Shown here in pieces: positions 1-9,861 of a stretch of 64,000 nt of DNA. A model generated the notes under the pieces. That model worked only from the letters and a program-made list of their open reading frames with translations, searched no databases and had not been told where the DNA came from. The translations under genes and the position numbers were made by a program. How positions within the stretch are numbered: position 1 is the first letter of the stretch; each line of letters begins with the position of its first letter. The stretch spans positions 1 through 64,000 of the forward strand of contig JBDOIF010000006.1 in assembly GCA_041082215.1 (NCBI GenBank), written 5' to 3'. This DNA comes from Anaerolineae bacterium (GTDB lineage: Bacteria; Chloroflexota; Anaerolineae; B4-G1; DUEL01).

Positions 1-1
1 C

Positions 2-1009
2 CTGCACAAATCCTACCCCGACGGCTGGACCCTTTCCGACGTCAGTTTCTCCGTCGAGGAGGGGGAGATCCTCTGCCTCCTGGGCCCCTCCGGCTGCGGC
101 AAGACGACCCTGCTGCGGCTCATCGCCGGGCTGGAGGTGCCGGACGGCGGACAGGTGCTGCTGGACGGCCACGATGTGACGACGACGCCCCCCCACCTGC
201 GGGGGTTCGGGCTGATGTTCCAGGAGTATGCCCTCTTCCCCCACAAAGACGTCTTCGGCAACGTGGCCTTCGGGTTGCGGATGGCGGGATGGGACCGGGA
301 GGCGATCCGGGCGCGGGTGGCGGAGGTGCTGGAGCTGGTAGGGCTGGGCGGGTTCGAGCAGAGGGACGTGAACCAGCTCTCCGGCGGGGAGCGGCAGCGG
401 GTGGCGCTGGCCCGCAGCCTGGCCCCCCACCCCCGTCTCCTGATGCTGGATGAGCCGCTGGGGGCGCTGGACCGGGCGCTGCGGGAGCGGCTGCTGGAGG
501 AACTGCCCGCCATCCTCAAACGGGTGGGGGTGACCACCATCACGGTGACCCACGACCAGGAGGAAGCCTTCGCCATCGCCGACCGGGTGGTGGTGATGCG
601 AGATGGACAGATAGCGCAACAGGGAACGCCGGAGGAGGTCTACCGGAAGCCTGCCTCCGCCTGGGTAGCCCGTTTCCTGGGGTTGACCAACCTGCTGGAG
701 GCCCGGTTCGTCGGTCCAGGCCGCGTGGAAACGGCGATAGGGGTGCTGGAGGTGCAGGAAGCAGGGAGCGGGGGGCAGGAGTGGCTGCTGATCCGACCGG
801 AGGCGGCGCGGCTGGAGGGGAGCGGCCCCAATCAGGTAGAGGGGACCGTCACCGACCGTTCCTTCCGGGGAGGGTATTGCCGGCTGGAGATGCGACACAC
901 AAGCGGGGTGGAGCTGACCTTCGTCTTTCCGGTCGGCCTGAGCCTCCCCACCGTCGGCGAACCGATCCGGCTCTCACTGGACCCCGGGGGGATGATCACC
1001 GTCGGGTAA
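2..1009 (+). CDS. ABC transporter ATP-binding protein (PotA/ThiQ/FbpC-like, TOBE C-terminus), 5'-truncated by the window
   Basis: Frame open from base 2: Walker A GPSGCGKT, signature LSGGERQRVALAR, Walker B LLMLDEP, H-loop VTHDQEEA. Confidence 0.9.
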   Translation: MHKSYPDGWTLSDVSFSVEEGEILCLLGPSGCGKTTLLRLIAGLEVPDGGQVLLDGHDVTTTPPHLRGFGLMFQEYALFPHKDVFGNVAFGLRMAGWDREAIRARVAEVLELVGLGGFEQRDVNQLSGGERQRVALARSLAPHPRLLMLDEPLGALDRALRERLLEELPAILKRVGVTTITVTHDQEEAFAIADRVVVMRDGQIAQQGTPEEVYRKPASAWVARFLGLTNLLEARFVGPGRVETAIGVLEVQEAGSGGQEWLLIRPEAARLEGSGPNQVEGTVTDRSFRGGYCRLEMRHTSGVELTFVFPVGLSLPTVGEPIRLSLDPGGMITVG

Positions 1010-1022
1010 CAAACCCGAAAAA

Positions 1023-1057
1023 CTCCGCGTCCTCCGTGTCTCCGTGGTGAGAAAAAA
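1023..1057. repeat. Short dispersed repeat (CTCCGTGTCTCCGTGGTGA type) between convergent genes
   Basis: ctccgcgtcctccgtgtctccgtggtgagaaaaa; similar copy at ~27834-27866 with an inverted partner at ~27778-27803. Confidence 0.55.
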
Positions 1058-1083
1058 ATCCTGCTACGCAACTCGTGACCGTA

Positions 1084-1467
1084 TCAAATAGGAGCACGGG
1101 GACGGGTGACGGCGCGGAGTTCCTGGACCAGGTAGGAGGAGCCGATGTCCTTCAGGAGGTAGCGGGCCGCCCCTGCCTTCAGCGCCTCCTGCCGCTCCTC
1201 CGGATCAGGGTAGGAGGTGAGCACAACGACGCAGGTATAGGGGCATTCCGCCTTCACCCGGCGCAGCGCGGCCATACCCTGCCCGTCGGACCGCTTGACC
1301 TCCAGCAGGACCACATCGGGCGCATGCTCCACTGCCAGGTGCACCCCTTCCTGCCAGGAGCCAGTACAGCCGATCACCTCAACCTCCTCGACACAGCGGA
1401 GGCGGGCTTCCAACGCCTGACGGACCGCTTCATGTTCGTCAATGATGAGAACCCGCGTCTTTCGCAT
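1084..1467 (-). CDS. Stand-alone receiver (REC) domain protein, NarL-like; phospho-acceptor Asp appears replaced by Glu
   Basis: RVLIIDEH...PDVVLLEVK...VVVLTSY...AGAARYLLKD receiver pattern. Confidence 0.85.
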   Translation of the reverse strand: MRKTRVLIIDEHEAVRQALEARLRCVEEVEVIGCTGSWQEGVHLAVEHAPDVVLLEVKRSDGQGMAALRRVKAECPYTCVVVLTSYPDPEERQEALKAGAARYLLKDIGSSYLVQELRAVTRPRAPI

Positions 1468-1643
1468 CGTCCCCTTCTCCGAAGGCAGCCCCCAGTATAG
1501 CGAAGAGGGAAGAGAGGGGTTAGTGTCATCCTTCCGTCTTTCCTCCTGACATTCGTGACATACCCACGCCCGGTGGAACTCTCTCTGGCTGGCGGGGCCA
1601 GCCTTCCTACCAGCCAGATGAACGTGCCGCTGGCGGTATCTGT

Positions 1644-1669
1644 GGACAACTCCTGTGGAGTTGTCCTAC
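1644..1669 (-). repeat. GTAG-type REP-like palindrome
   Basis: Minus strand GTAGGACAACTCC-ACA-GGAGTTGTCC; same family as 20081, 20270 and 34534. Confidence 0.75.
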
Positions 1670-1709
1670 TTAGCACACGCAATGCAAGCTCCGCCGCGCC
1701 AGCAAGAGG

Positions 1710-2264
1710 CTACCGTTTCGTCCGCAACATCTGCACATACATCTGGATGGCCCGTTCGATCTCCTGATGGGCCCGCTCCAGCCCCTCCCACCCCAATGCA
1801 TGGGTCTCTGCCCGTTCCAGGTCCTTGTAGACGCTGAAGAAGTGGCTCACCTCCTCCAGAAAGTGGGGCGGCACGTCCTCCAGAGAACGGTAGCCATCGA
1901 AGAGGGGATCGGTGTGGGGGACGGCGAGGATTTTGTCGTCCAGCTTCCCCTTATCCTGCAGGTGGAAGATGCCCAGCGGCCGCGCTTCGATGACACAGCC
2001 GGAAAAGGTCGGTTCGTTGGTCATCACCAGCACGTCCAGCGGGTCTCCGTCGTCGTGGAGCGTGCGCGGGATGAAGCCGTAATCGCCGGGATAGTGGAGC
2101 GAGGAATAGAGCACCCGGTCCAGTTTGATGAATCCCCCCTGCTCATCGTACTCGTACTTGTTCCGCGACCGCTTGGGGATCTCCACCACCACATAGATGA
2201 CCCGGGGCACGTCTGGCCCGGGCGGCAATTCCTTCCAGAGATTCATCGTCGGCATATCAAACAC
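1710..2264 (-). CDS. ppa: Inorganic pyrophosphatase (family I); true start may be a few codons downstream
   Basis: EIPKRSRNKYEYD, YGFIPRT, DGDPLDVLV, DDKILAV motifs. Confidence 0.95.
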   Translation of the reverse strand: MFDMPTMNLWKELPPGPDVPRVIYVVVEIPKRSRNKYEYDEQGGFIKLDRVLYSSLHYPGDYGFIPRTLHDDGDPLDVLVMTNEPTFSGCVIEARPLGIFHLQDKGKLDDKILAVPHTDPLFDGYRSLEDVPPHFLEEVSHFFSVYKDLERAETHALGWEGLERAHQEIERAIQMYVQMLRTKR

Positions 2265-3411
2265 CTCCTCTCAGGGCCATCAGAACCGCCTCTCCGTAGG
2301 CCTGCCGCTTCCAGGGGCCAAGTTCTTTGACTTCTGTCAGCTCCTCCAGCGTGGCGGGATTCCGCTCGGCCAGTGCCCACAGCGCCGCGTTGGGGAGAAT
2401 CACATCAACGTCCACCCCCCGTCGGGCGGCCTCCTGCTGCCGCCAGGCGCGAAGGGCCTGGTATCGTTCCACCACCGCGTCTTCCCGTCGGGCTTCCCGT
2501 GAGGGCGGTTGGGGGGGCATACCCACCCTCCCGCGCGCCACCGCCTCGACCAGCGCCCGCCCATATCGCTGCACCAGATAGGGGCTCATACCCGGCACCC
2601 GCCCCACTTCTTCCAGTGTGCGGGGCTGGGCACGGGCCAGGGCCAATAGAACCTGATCGCGCACCACCCGAAAAGGAGGGAGATTCCGCTCACTTGCGAC
2701 CCGGTCCCGCCAGAGGTACAGCTCCCAGAGCACAGCCAGCTCTTCCGGGGCCAGTTCCTGAACCCCCTTCATCCGCCAGAACCCATCCGGGCCGAAAGGC
2801 TGGCCCGCGGCCGGAACCCTGGTCAGCCCGGAAAAAAGCTCCATCGCCTCCTCCGTCCGGCCCATTCGCTCCAGAGCCTCCAACTGGAGGTCCCGCAGCG
2901 GAAGCAGATAGTGGGTATCCAGCCGGGCGTAGGCCAGCGCCTCCGGGGAGAGGGGGCGCTTCCCCCAGTTGTACCGCTGGTACCGCTTATCGGTGCGGAC
3001 CCCAAAGGTCTCCCAGAGCACATCCGCCAGCCCCACCCTGGGCCAGCCCAGAATACGGGCCGCCCCCATCGTATCGAAGAGGTTGGCAAAGCGGAAGCCG
3101 AAATCCCGCTTGAGCCAGCCCACGTCCTGCTCGGCGGCGTGAAAGACCTTCTGCACCGACGGGTCGGCGAAGAGCTGTCCCAGCGGGGAGAGATCGAAGC
3201 CAGCCATGGGGTCCACGACATAATCGGCCTGGCGGGTGGAGAGCTGGATCAGGCAGACCTGCTCGTAGTACGCGTAGAGGGAGTTGGACTCCGTGTCCAC
3301 GGCGACAGCAGAGCAGGCCAGAAGGTCCGACAGGAGTCTGTCAAGCTCTTCCTCCGTTGTGATGAGCGATGGGGAGCCTCCCGCCTGCCGGCTCATAGGT
3401 TCATCATCCAC
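2257..3411 (-). CDS. rnd: Ribonuclease D-like 3'-5' exonuclease with two HRDC domains
   Basis: AVDTESNS (ExoI), KVFHAAEQD, LFDT, YARLDTHYL; HRDC-like WRDRVA...PPFRV and AWRQQEA segments. Confidence 0.85.
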   Translation of the reverse strand: MDDEPMSRQAGGSPSLITTEEELDRLLSDLLACSAVAVDTESNSLYAYYEQVCLIQLSTRQADYVVDPMAGFDLSPLGQLFADPSVQKVFHAAEQDVGWLKRDFGFRFANLFDTMGAARILGWPRVGLADVLWETFGVRTDKRYQRYNWGKRPLSPEALAYARLDTHYLLPLRDLQLEALERMGRTEEAMELFSGLTRVPAAGQPFGPDGFWRMKGVQELAPEELAVLWELYLWRDRVASERNLPPFRVVRDQVLLALARAQPRTLEEVGRVPGMSPYLVQRYGRALVEAVARGRVGMPPQPPSREARREDAVVERYQALRAWRQQEAARRGVDVDVILPNAALWALAERNPATLEELTEVKELGPWKRQAYGEAVLMALRGGV

Positions 3412-4742
3412 CGGGCGATGAGGAAGTAGATGACAAGGCCTGTCGCATCAACCAGCGTGCTCATCGCTGGCCCCGAGACGACAGCGGGATCAACCTTGAG
3501 GCGGGCAGCGACGATAGGGAGCGTGGCGCCGATCGTGGCTGCCCACACCACGATAGCCATCAGGCTGATCCCCACGGTCATACTGAGAGGTATGGGGGAG
3601 TGCCATGTCAGGGCGCGGATGAACCCCACAACTCCCATGACCAGCCCCAGGAGAAAGGCGGTCCGGATCTCCCGCCAGATCACCAGGGCCAGGTCGCGGA
3701 AGCGCACCTCTCCCAGCGCAAGGGCGCGGATCACCATGCTCGCGACCTGGCTGCCGGCATTCCCGCCGGTGCCGATGAGCAGAGGGACAAAGAAAGCGAG
3801 GGACACCGCCTCAGCCAGTTCGCTTTCAAAGAATCGGAGAACCGTGCCCGTGAACATTTCGGTAACGAAGAGCAGCAGCAGCCATCCAACCCTTTTACGC
3901 GCGATGCGGAGGATCGGTGCATCCAGATAGGGTTCTTCCAGCGGCTCTGAAGCGCCCAGCCGGTGGATGTCCTCCGTTGCCTCCTCCTCCAGCACCTTCA
4001 GGATATCGTCGTGGGTGATCAGGCCCAGAAGATGGCCCTTATGGTCAACGACGGGGAGCGCCAGCAGGTCGTAGCGGGCCATCAGACGGGCCGCCTCCTC
4101 CTGGTCGGCGTCCGCCCGCACGTGGATCACGTGCGGGTCCATAATCTGCTCGATGCGGGTGTGGGGCGGGGCGATGACCAACTGGCGCATAGAGACCACC
4201 CCCACCAGCCGGTTCTCCTCGTCCACGACGAAGAGGTAATAGACCGTCTCCGACTGGGGGGCGATAGCCCGGAGATAGGCGATCGCTCCTTCCGCCGTCA
4301 TGCTCTTGTGGAGGAGGACCTCGGCGGGGGTCATCAGGCCGCCGGCGCTCCGGTCGTCGTAGGCCAGGAGAGGGCGGACCTCCTCCGGCTCCTCCATTGC
4401 GGCCAGTGCCCTCTCTGCCCGCTCCGGTGGGATGTCGCCCAGGAGGTCGGCTGCCTCATCCGGCTCCATCTCGTCCAGGATCCGGGCCAGGTCGGCGACC
4501 TTCAGCCGGGCAGCGACCTCGGCCGCGTCGTCCTCCTCCAGCTCCTCCAGGATGTCCGCCGACGCCTCCGGATCGAGGCGCGGCAGGAGCTCATCCTGTT
4601 TATCCGGCGGAAGCTCCTCGAAGATATCGGCCTGGTCGGGGGGGCGCAACGCTTCGATCAACGCCGCCGCCCGCTTCCAATCCCCTGCATCCAGCGCGGC
4701 GCGCACCTGCTCCAGAACGGTTTCGATGTCTATTTGCGTCAT
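3393..4742 (-). CDS. mgtE: Magnesium transporter MgtE
   Basis: Acidic N-domain, two CBS domains, GTGGNAGSQ and DPAVVSGPAMSTLVDATG transmembrane motifs. Confidence 0.95.
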   Translation of the reverse strand: MTQIDIETVLEQVRAALDAGDWKRAAALIEALRPPDQADIFEELPPDKQDELLPRLDPEASADILEELEEDDAAEVAARLKVADLARILDEMEPDEAADLLGDIPPERAERALAAMEEPEEVRPLLAYDDRSAGGLMTPAEVLLHKSMTAEGAIAYLRAIAPQSETVYYLFVVDEENRLVGVVSMRQLVIAPPHTRIEQIMDPHVIHVRADADQEEAARLMARYDLLALPVVDHKGHLLGLITHDDILKVLEEEATEDIHRLGASEPLEEPYLDAPILRIARKRVGWLLLLFVTEMFTGTVLRFFESELAEAVSLAFFVPLLIGTGGNAGSQVASMVIRALALGEVRFRDLALVIWREIRTAFLLGLVMGVVGFIRALTWHSPIPLSMTVGISLMAIVVWAATIGATLPIVAARLKVDPAVVSGPAMSTLVDATGLVIYFLIARWMMNL

Positions 4743-4789
4743 AGCCCGCCTCCCGAACCCGTCACCTGGTTCACCAACGAACGGGGGGT

Positions 4790-4817
4790 ATTATGCCACG
4801 TTGGGTAAGGAAGTCAA
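4790..4817 (-). promoter_or_regulatory. Putative sigma70 promoter of mgtE-rnd-ppa
   Basis: Minus strand TTGACT-N16-CATAAT. Confidence 0.5.
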
Positions 4818-4905
4818 GGACAGCCCACCACCCGTCAAAAACTACCCCCTCCTCACAGGAGAGGAGGGGGCAGATGGAAGTGCGGAGCGTTTCCCGCCCC
4901 CTCCC

Positions 4906-5859
4906 TCATCGGTATTTATGGTACCGTCGGAAGACCTCTCCCACACTCTCCCCTTCGTGCACCCGGCGGATCACCTCCCCCAGGAGCGGGGCTACTGAGA
5001 GGACCTTCAGGTTGGGCAATCGTTTTTCCGGCGGGATAGGAATGGAGTTTGTGGTCACGATCTCTTTGATCTCCAACCCCCGCAACAGATCCACCGCTGG
5101 TGGGGAGAAGACCGGGTGGGCGAAGCAGAGGTAAACATCGCGGGCGCCGTTTTCCTTTGCAACACGCACGGCGTTGGAGATGGTGCCGCCGGTGTCCACC
5201 TCGTCGTCCACAACGATGACGTCCATCCCCCTCACCTCACCCACCAGCGTCAATGCCTCCGTGCCAATGGCTATCCGCCGCTTCTCCACCACCGCCAGCG
5301 GCAGCTCCAGCTCCTCGGCGAAGTTCCGCGCCTTCTTGGCAAACCCCAGGTCCGCCGCCAGGACCACCGCATTTTCCAGCTTCTTCTCCCGCATGTAGTC
5401 GGAGAGGATGGAGAAGACGGTCAACACATCCCCCGGGATGCTGAAGAAGCCCTGGATCTGGTCGGCGTGCAGGTCCAGGGTGATATACCGATCCGCTCCG
5501 GCGATGGTGATCATGTCGGCGATCAACCGGGCCGTGATCGGCACGCGGGGCTTGTCCTTCTTATCCGATCGCCCGTAGGCCAGGTAGGGGATGACGGCGG
5601 TGATCCGCCCGGGCGACGCCCGACGCAGGGCATCCAGGGAGATCAGGAGCTCCATGATGTTGTAATTGACCGGAGAGGAGGTGGTCTGGATCAGGAAGAC
5701 ATCCTGTCCTCGCACGCTTTCATGCAACTGGACAAAGATATTCTCGTTAGGGAACTGGATGATATCCCGTCCGGCCAGCGGCACACCCAGGTAGCGGCTG
5801 ATCTCCTCAGCCAGAGCCGGACAGCCGGTTCCACCGAACAGTTTGATCGTTCCGTACAT
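4906..5859 (-). CDS. prs: Ribose-phosphate pyrophosphokinase
   Basis: FPNENIFVQLHESVRG, PYLAYGRSDKK, DLHADQIQGFF, VDDEVDTGGT; start set to MYGTIK after GAGG RBS. Confidence 0.92.
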   Translation of the reverse strand: MYGTIKLFGGTGCPALAEEISRYLGVPLAGRDIIQFPNENIFVQLHESVRGQDVFLIQTTSSPVNYNIMELLISLDALRRASPGRITAVIPYLAYGRSDKKDKPRVPITARLIADMITIAGADRYITLDLHADQIQGFFSIPGDVLTVFSILSDYMREKKLENAVVLAADLGFAKKARNFAEELELPLAVVEKRRIAIGTEALTLVGEVRGMDVIVVDDEVDTGGTISNAVRVAKENGARDVYLCFAHPVFSPPAVDLLRGLEIKEIVTTNSIPIPPEKRLPNLKVLSVAPLLGEVIRRVHEGESVGEVFRRYHKYR

Positions 5860-5876
5860 CTGCGCCTCTTCTCTTC

Positions 5877-6407
5877 TTAGTGTCGAAACTCCGCCTGCAG
5901 GACGCTCATCACAGGCTGATCGTGGTACTGCCCTTCTCGAAAGACGGCCTCCCGCAGCCGCCCCTCCTCCCGGAACCCGCACTTCTCATAACAGCGGATG
6001 GCGCGGAGGTTATCCTCATCCACCACCAGGTAGACGCGGTGGAGGTTCATTTCCTCGAAAGCCAGCCGAAGCAGCGTGCGGATGGCGTCGGTGCCGTACC
6101 CCTGGCCCCAGTATGCCTTCTCTCCGATGACAATCCCCAGCTCAGCATGCCGGTTCTTCCAGTCAATCTCATGCAAACCTATATTGCCGATATGCAACCC
6201 GTCCAGCGTCTCAAGAGCCAGCACGACCGATTCGCTCCGTCGGAGCCGTTCCTGCAACTCCTCGTACCACCGCTCCTCCTGGGTCAGGGAGAAGGGGAGG
6301 TAAACCAGCAGATGGCGGCGGACCTCGGGGTCAGCAAACCAGCGGACGAAGCGGGGCAGGTCCTCCCGCTCAATGGGGCGCAATCGGACCTTTTCTCCCT
6401 CGAGCAT
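5877..6407 (-). CDS. GNAT N-acetyltransferase, RimJ/RimL family
   Basis: VRLRPIEREDL, AELGIVIG..WGQGYGT, NLRAIRCYEKCGFREEG. Confidence 0.9.
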   Translation of the reverse strand: MLEGEKVRLRPIEREDLPRFVRWFADPEVRRHLLVYLPFSLTQEERWYEELQERLRRSESVVLALETLDGLHIGNIGLHEIDWKNRHAELGIVIGEKAYWGQGYGTDAIRTLLRLAFEEMNLHRVYLVVDEDNLRAIRCYEKCGFREEGRLREAVFREGQYHDQPVMSVLQAEFRH

Positions 6408-6422
6408 TCCGACGGTCCCTCC

Positions 6423-7358
6423 TCAGGAGCCCAGGACAGCCTGAACAGCGGTGTACACGTCCACCTGCCTGGTCGCAACCCGTTCCACCCACTCCTCCAG
6501 CCGCTCCGCCCCCAGCTCCCGCATCAGCCGGTCCATCAGCTCCTGCTCCAGCATCCGCAGCAGGTCAGCCCGTGCCCGTTCCCGCTCCCGCCGCTCCCAG
6601 AGGCCGCTTTTCTGCAGGTAGGCCCGGTGGGCAGCGACTGCCTCCAGCACCTCCCCCACCCCCGTCCCATCCAGCGCCACCGTTTTGAGGATGGGCGGCC
6701 GCCAGCCGTTCGCCGCCTGATTGTTCCGCCCCAGCTCCAGGGTGATCTCCAGCGCCCTGGCCGTCTGCGCCGCTCCGGGTCGGTCCGCTTTGTTCACCAC
6801 CAGCACATCGGCGATTTCCAGGAGGCCCGCCTTCAGAGCCTGCACCTCATCCCCCAACCCCGGTGCTTCCACCACAACGGTGGTATGGGCGGTGCGGGCG
6901 ATGTCCACCTCTGCCTGTCCCACCCCTACCGTCTCCACCAGCACCACCTCAAAGCCAGCCGCGTCCAGCACCTTCACCACGTCGCCAGTAGCCCGGGCCA
7001 GCCCTCCCAGGCTCCCCCGGGTGGCCATACTGCGGATGAAGACGCCGGGGTCCCCTGCCAGGTCCCGCATCCGCACCCGGTCCCCCAGGATCGCCCCGCC
7101 GGTAAAGGGGCTGGTGGGGTCCACGGCCACAATGCCGACGGTACGGCTCCGGGCGCGGAAGGCTTTGGCCAGCTCGTTGACGAGGGTGGACTTGCCGGTT
7201 CCGGGCGCGCCGGTGACGCCTATGATGTGGGCGCGGCCCGTGTAGGGGTACAGGGCTGCCAGAGCCGTGCGAACGGGCGGCCCATCGTCTTCGACAAGGG
7301 AGATCAGCCGGGCCAGCGCACGCCGATCCCCAGCCAGAGCATCCGGGATCAGCTCCAC
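6423..7358 (-). CDS. meaB: Methylmalonyl-CoA mutase-associated GTPase MeaB/ArgK
   Basis: GVTGAPGTGKST, AVDPTSPFTGGAILGDRVRM, ETVGVGQAE, VVNKAD. Confidence 0.95.
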   Translation of the reverse strand: MELIPDALAGDRRALARLISLVEDDGPPVRTALAALYPYTGRAHIIGVTGAPGTGKSTLVNELAKAFRARSRTVGIVAVDPTSPFTGGAILGDRVRMRDLAGDPGVFIRSMATRGSLGGLARATGDVVKVLDAAGFEVVLVETVGVGQAEVDIARTAHTTVVVEAPGLGDEVQALKAGLLEIADVLVVNKADRPGAAQTARALEITLELGRNNQAANGWRPPILKTVALDGTGVGEVLEAVAAHRAYLQKSGLWERRERERARADLLRMLEQELMDRLMRELGAERLEEWVERVATRQVDVYTAVQAVLGS

Positions 7359-7359
7359 A

Positions 7360-7758
7360 TCAGCCCCCGGCCAGTTCGCGGCGGATGGTCTCGGCGATGA
7401 CCTGGGTTGACGCCCCGGGGCCGAAGACGGCGACCACGCCCAGTTCTCTCAGGGCGGCGACGTCCTCATCGGGGATGATGCCGCCGACGAAGACCTTGAC
7501 GTGCTCCAGGCCGGCCTCTCGCAGCCCCTGGAGCACCCGGGGGACCAGGGTCATATGGGCTCCGGAGAGGATGCTCAGCCCCACTGCGTCCACATCTTCC
7601 TGGAGGGCCGATTCTACTATCATCTCCGGCGTCTGGCGGAGGCCGGTGTAGATGACCTCCATACCGGCATCCCTGAGGGCCCGGGCGACCACCTTGGCGC
7701 CCCGGTCGTGGCCGTCGAGGCCGGGCTTGGCGATCAGGATACGCAGTCGCTCGCTCAC
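7360..7758 (-). CDS. Cobalamin-binding subunit of an acyl-CoA (methylmalonyl/isobutyryl-CoA) mutase
   Basis: [13 protein letters not shown] (DxHxxG), [15 protein letters not shown]. Confidence 0.93.
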   Translation of the reverse strand: MSERLRILIAKPGLDGHDRGAKVVARALRDAGMEVIYTGLRQTPEMIVESALQEDVDAVGLSILSGAHMTLVPRVLQGLREAGLEHVKVFVGGIIPDEDVAALRELGVVAVFGPGASTQVIAETIRRELAGG

Positions 7759-7876
7759 GGGTCGCTACTCCTCCGCGTGGTCTCTTGTAGCTAAAAGATT
7801 ATACCTCAAATCCGGATGAGGGGGAAGCGAAAGCCTGGGGGGTTCGGACAGGAGTTCGGAAGGATGGGGAAGCTAA

Positions 7877-7953
7877 CCTCACCCCTACCCCCCTGCCCCC
7901 TTCCTGCTAAAGAGCCAAGTTTCAGGGAAGGGGGTGAGGGGGATGGAGTGAGA
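7877..7953. repeat. CCCTCACCCC-type imperfect hairpin repeat
   Basis: cctcacccct...ccccttcctg / cagggaagggggtgagggg; related to 27977-28052 and 38629-38663. Confidence 0.55.
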
Positions 7954-7995
7954 GCCGGAGGGTTTCTCTGCGTCCCTTGCGCCCTTTAGATGGCG

Positions 7996-9777
7996 TCAGG
8001 GCTGGTTCAGCCGGAATTGGATCACCTGCTGCGCGCTCGTCACCGCGAACAGTTCGTTCTGATCGTTGAACGCCATCGCAAAGATGTAGCCTTCTGTCCC
8101 GAACATGCCGAGATAGCGACCGGTCGCGTCAAAGACCTGGATGCGACTGCTACCGGCCACGTAGACCCGACTCTGGTTGTCCACCGCGATGGCTCCCGGT
8201 CCCTCCAGTTGCTCCGGTCCGCTGCCGTGACTGCTAAAGCGGTCCACGAACCGACCCTCCGGCGTGAACCTGAAAATGGCTATGTCGTTCCCCATGCCGC
8301 CGAAGATGAAAATGTTGCCACGTCCGTCCACCGCCGGATAGTTGTACAGCGAGACGTCATCGGTCAGCGAGCTGATGATCCCGCGAAGCACCTGCGTGAC
8401 ATTGCCTTCCGGGTCAAAGCGCACCAGGTCATCGCGGTACCCCTCAATTGAAGTGATCAGCCCGCTGCGCGCTTCGTACCACGTCGCGAGCAGGCCGCCA
8501 TCCAGCGTCAGCGTGACCGCGTGAAAGCGATCGCCATCCGGATACTCTAACTTGCCGAGCGACCGGCCGGTCATGCCCTCTATGCGGAGAATGGCCCCGT
8601 CGGCAACGACGTAGACCGTTCCCTGGCGATCCGCCGTCATACCGGTGATGCGCGTCCCGGAATCGCCAACGAACCACTGCGTGATGAATTTGCCGGTCGG
8701 ATCGAATACCTGAACGCGCCCGCCGATATACTCGGCGACGTAGATGTGGCCTGTGCCGTCCACCGCGATGCTGCGCGCATCCTGGAACAGACCCGCGCCG
8801 GTGCCCTCACCGCCGAATTGGAGCACTGGACTGGCGTACCCTGGCGGCGTCGGCGTGGGCGAGGGCAGCAACGTAGGCGACGGAACCGGCGTGGGAGGGA
8901 GAATTCCCATCTGCTCCGCAGCGGGCGGAGGCTGAAACCCCTTTTCCGGCTCAGAGCCGTTATACGCCAGAACTATCTCGTCGCCGATCCGGATAGAGAC
9001 GGACGAGATGGAACAGGTGCCATCCCTTTCTTTCTCTCCAAGAATGTAGGCTGTGCCCCGCGTTCGGGGACCCCGGATACCAACCTGCACGCCCAGGCTT
9101 TCGCTGCCGTCCCGGAACCTCTCCAGTGTCCCGATGACAAATGGGCTGTCTTTGACCGGTGAGCCGAAGAGTTCCACCACTACCGGGTCGTTCTTCACCA
9201 GTTCCATTGCTGTGCGGTAGACCGGATTCAGCCGGAGCGGGAGGATGCCGAACGCATAAAACAATAGAGCGAATCCAACCAGGCAGGCCAGAATGACCGC
9301 GATCGCGCCAGCCGGGGTGGCCATGGATGCGGCAGATAAGGCGATTGAGGCAGAGGCAATGCCTTTGGCCCAGCGTTCCCTGTCAGTTGTGGCGACCGGC
9401 TCGCCGCCCGTGATGCGCTCCACCGTCACGTCGGCCATGGTGAGCGGCTCACCGCGCTCAATTTTATCCACCGCCTCCTTTGCCTCCTGCAGCCCCACGT
9501 TGAACGTCTGCCGGTACAGTTTGACGGCCTCGATCTTTTTGCCGGAGCGGACCAGCCGCCCGATCTCCGCAAGCGGGCCCGCCAGCCGTGCGACGTCCCT
9601 CAGCACATCTGCGATCTGGGGAACCTCGCCCAGCGCGCCAGCGAGCACCCGGCCGGTGCGCAACTCCTCCGGCACGATGACCGAACTCTTGCAGTACGGG
9701 CACTCCATCGTCAGGTCGGGACCGCCCTCGTACTCAATCGGCGCGCCGCAGTTGGGACATTTGAAAGTTTGTGACAT
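7996..9777 (-). CDS. Membrane-anchored mosaic protein: Zn-ribbon + L7/L12-CTD-like + TM + Coa1-like + Pro/Thr linker + NHL beta-propeller
   Basis: CPNCG..CPYC; KKIEAVKLYRQTFNVGLQEAKEAVD; hydrophobic segment; IAVDGTGHIYVAE..RVQVFD NHL repeats; start MSQTFK after GGAGAGG. Confidence 0.75.
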   Translation of the reverse strand: MSQTFKCPNCGAPIEYEGGPDLTMECPYCKSSVIVPEELRTGRVLAGALGEVPQIADVLRDVARLAGPLAEIGRLVRSGKKIEAVKLYRQTFNVGLQEAKEAVDKIERGEPLTMADVTVERITGGEPVATTDRERWAKGIASASIALSAASMATPAGAIAVILACLVGFALLFYAFGILPLRLNPVYRTAMELVKNDPVVVELFGSPVKDSPFVIGTLERFRDGSESLGVQVGIRGPRTRGTAYILGEKERDGTCSISSVSIRIGDEIVLAYNGSEPEKGFQPPPAAEQMGILPPTPVPSPTLLPSPTPTPPGYASPVLQFGGEGTGAGLFQDARSIAVDGTGHIYVAEYIGGRVQVFDPTGKFITQWFVGDSGTRITGMTADRQGTVYVVADGAILRIEGMTGRSLGKLEYPDGDRFHAVTLTLDGGLLATWYEARSGLITSIEGYRDDLVRFDPEGNVTQVLRGIISSLTDDVSLYNYPAVDGRGNIFIFGGMGNDIAIFRFTPEGRFVDRFSSHGSGPEQLEGPGAIAVDNQSRVYVAGSSRIQVFDATGRYLGMFGTEGYIFAMAFNDQNELFAVTSAQQVIQFRLNQP

Positions 9778-9861
9778 CAGTAACCTCTCCAGAAACTTGG
9801 GATACACGTAATGCAAATTGAATCTTACGCTACGGCCCTTCGGCCACAAAGCGTCCAGCGG

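Noticed and set aside
4743..4905. M-box riboswitch upstream of mgtE
   Set aside because: The predicted promoter leaves only a ~40-nt leader and no recognisable aptamer sequence.
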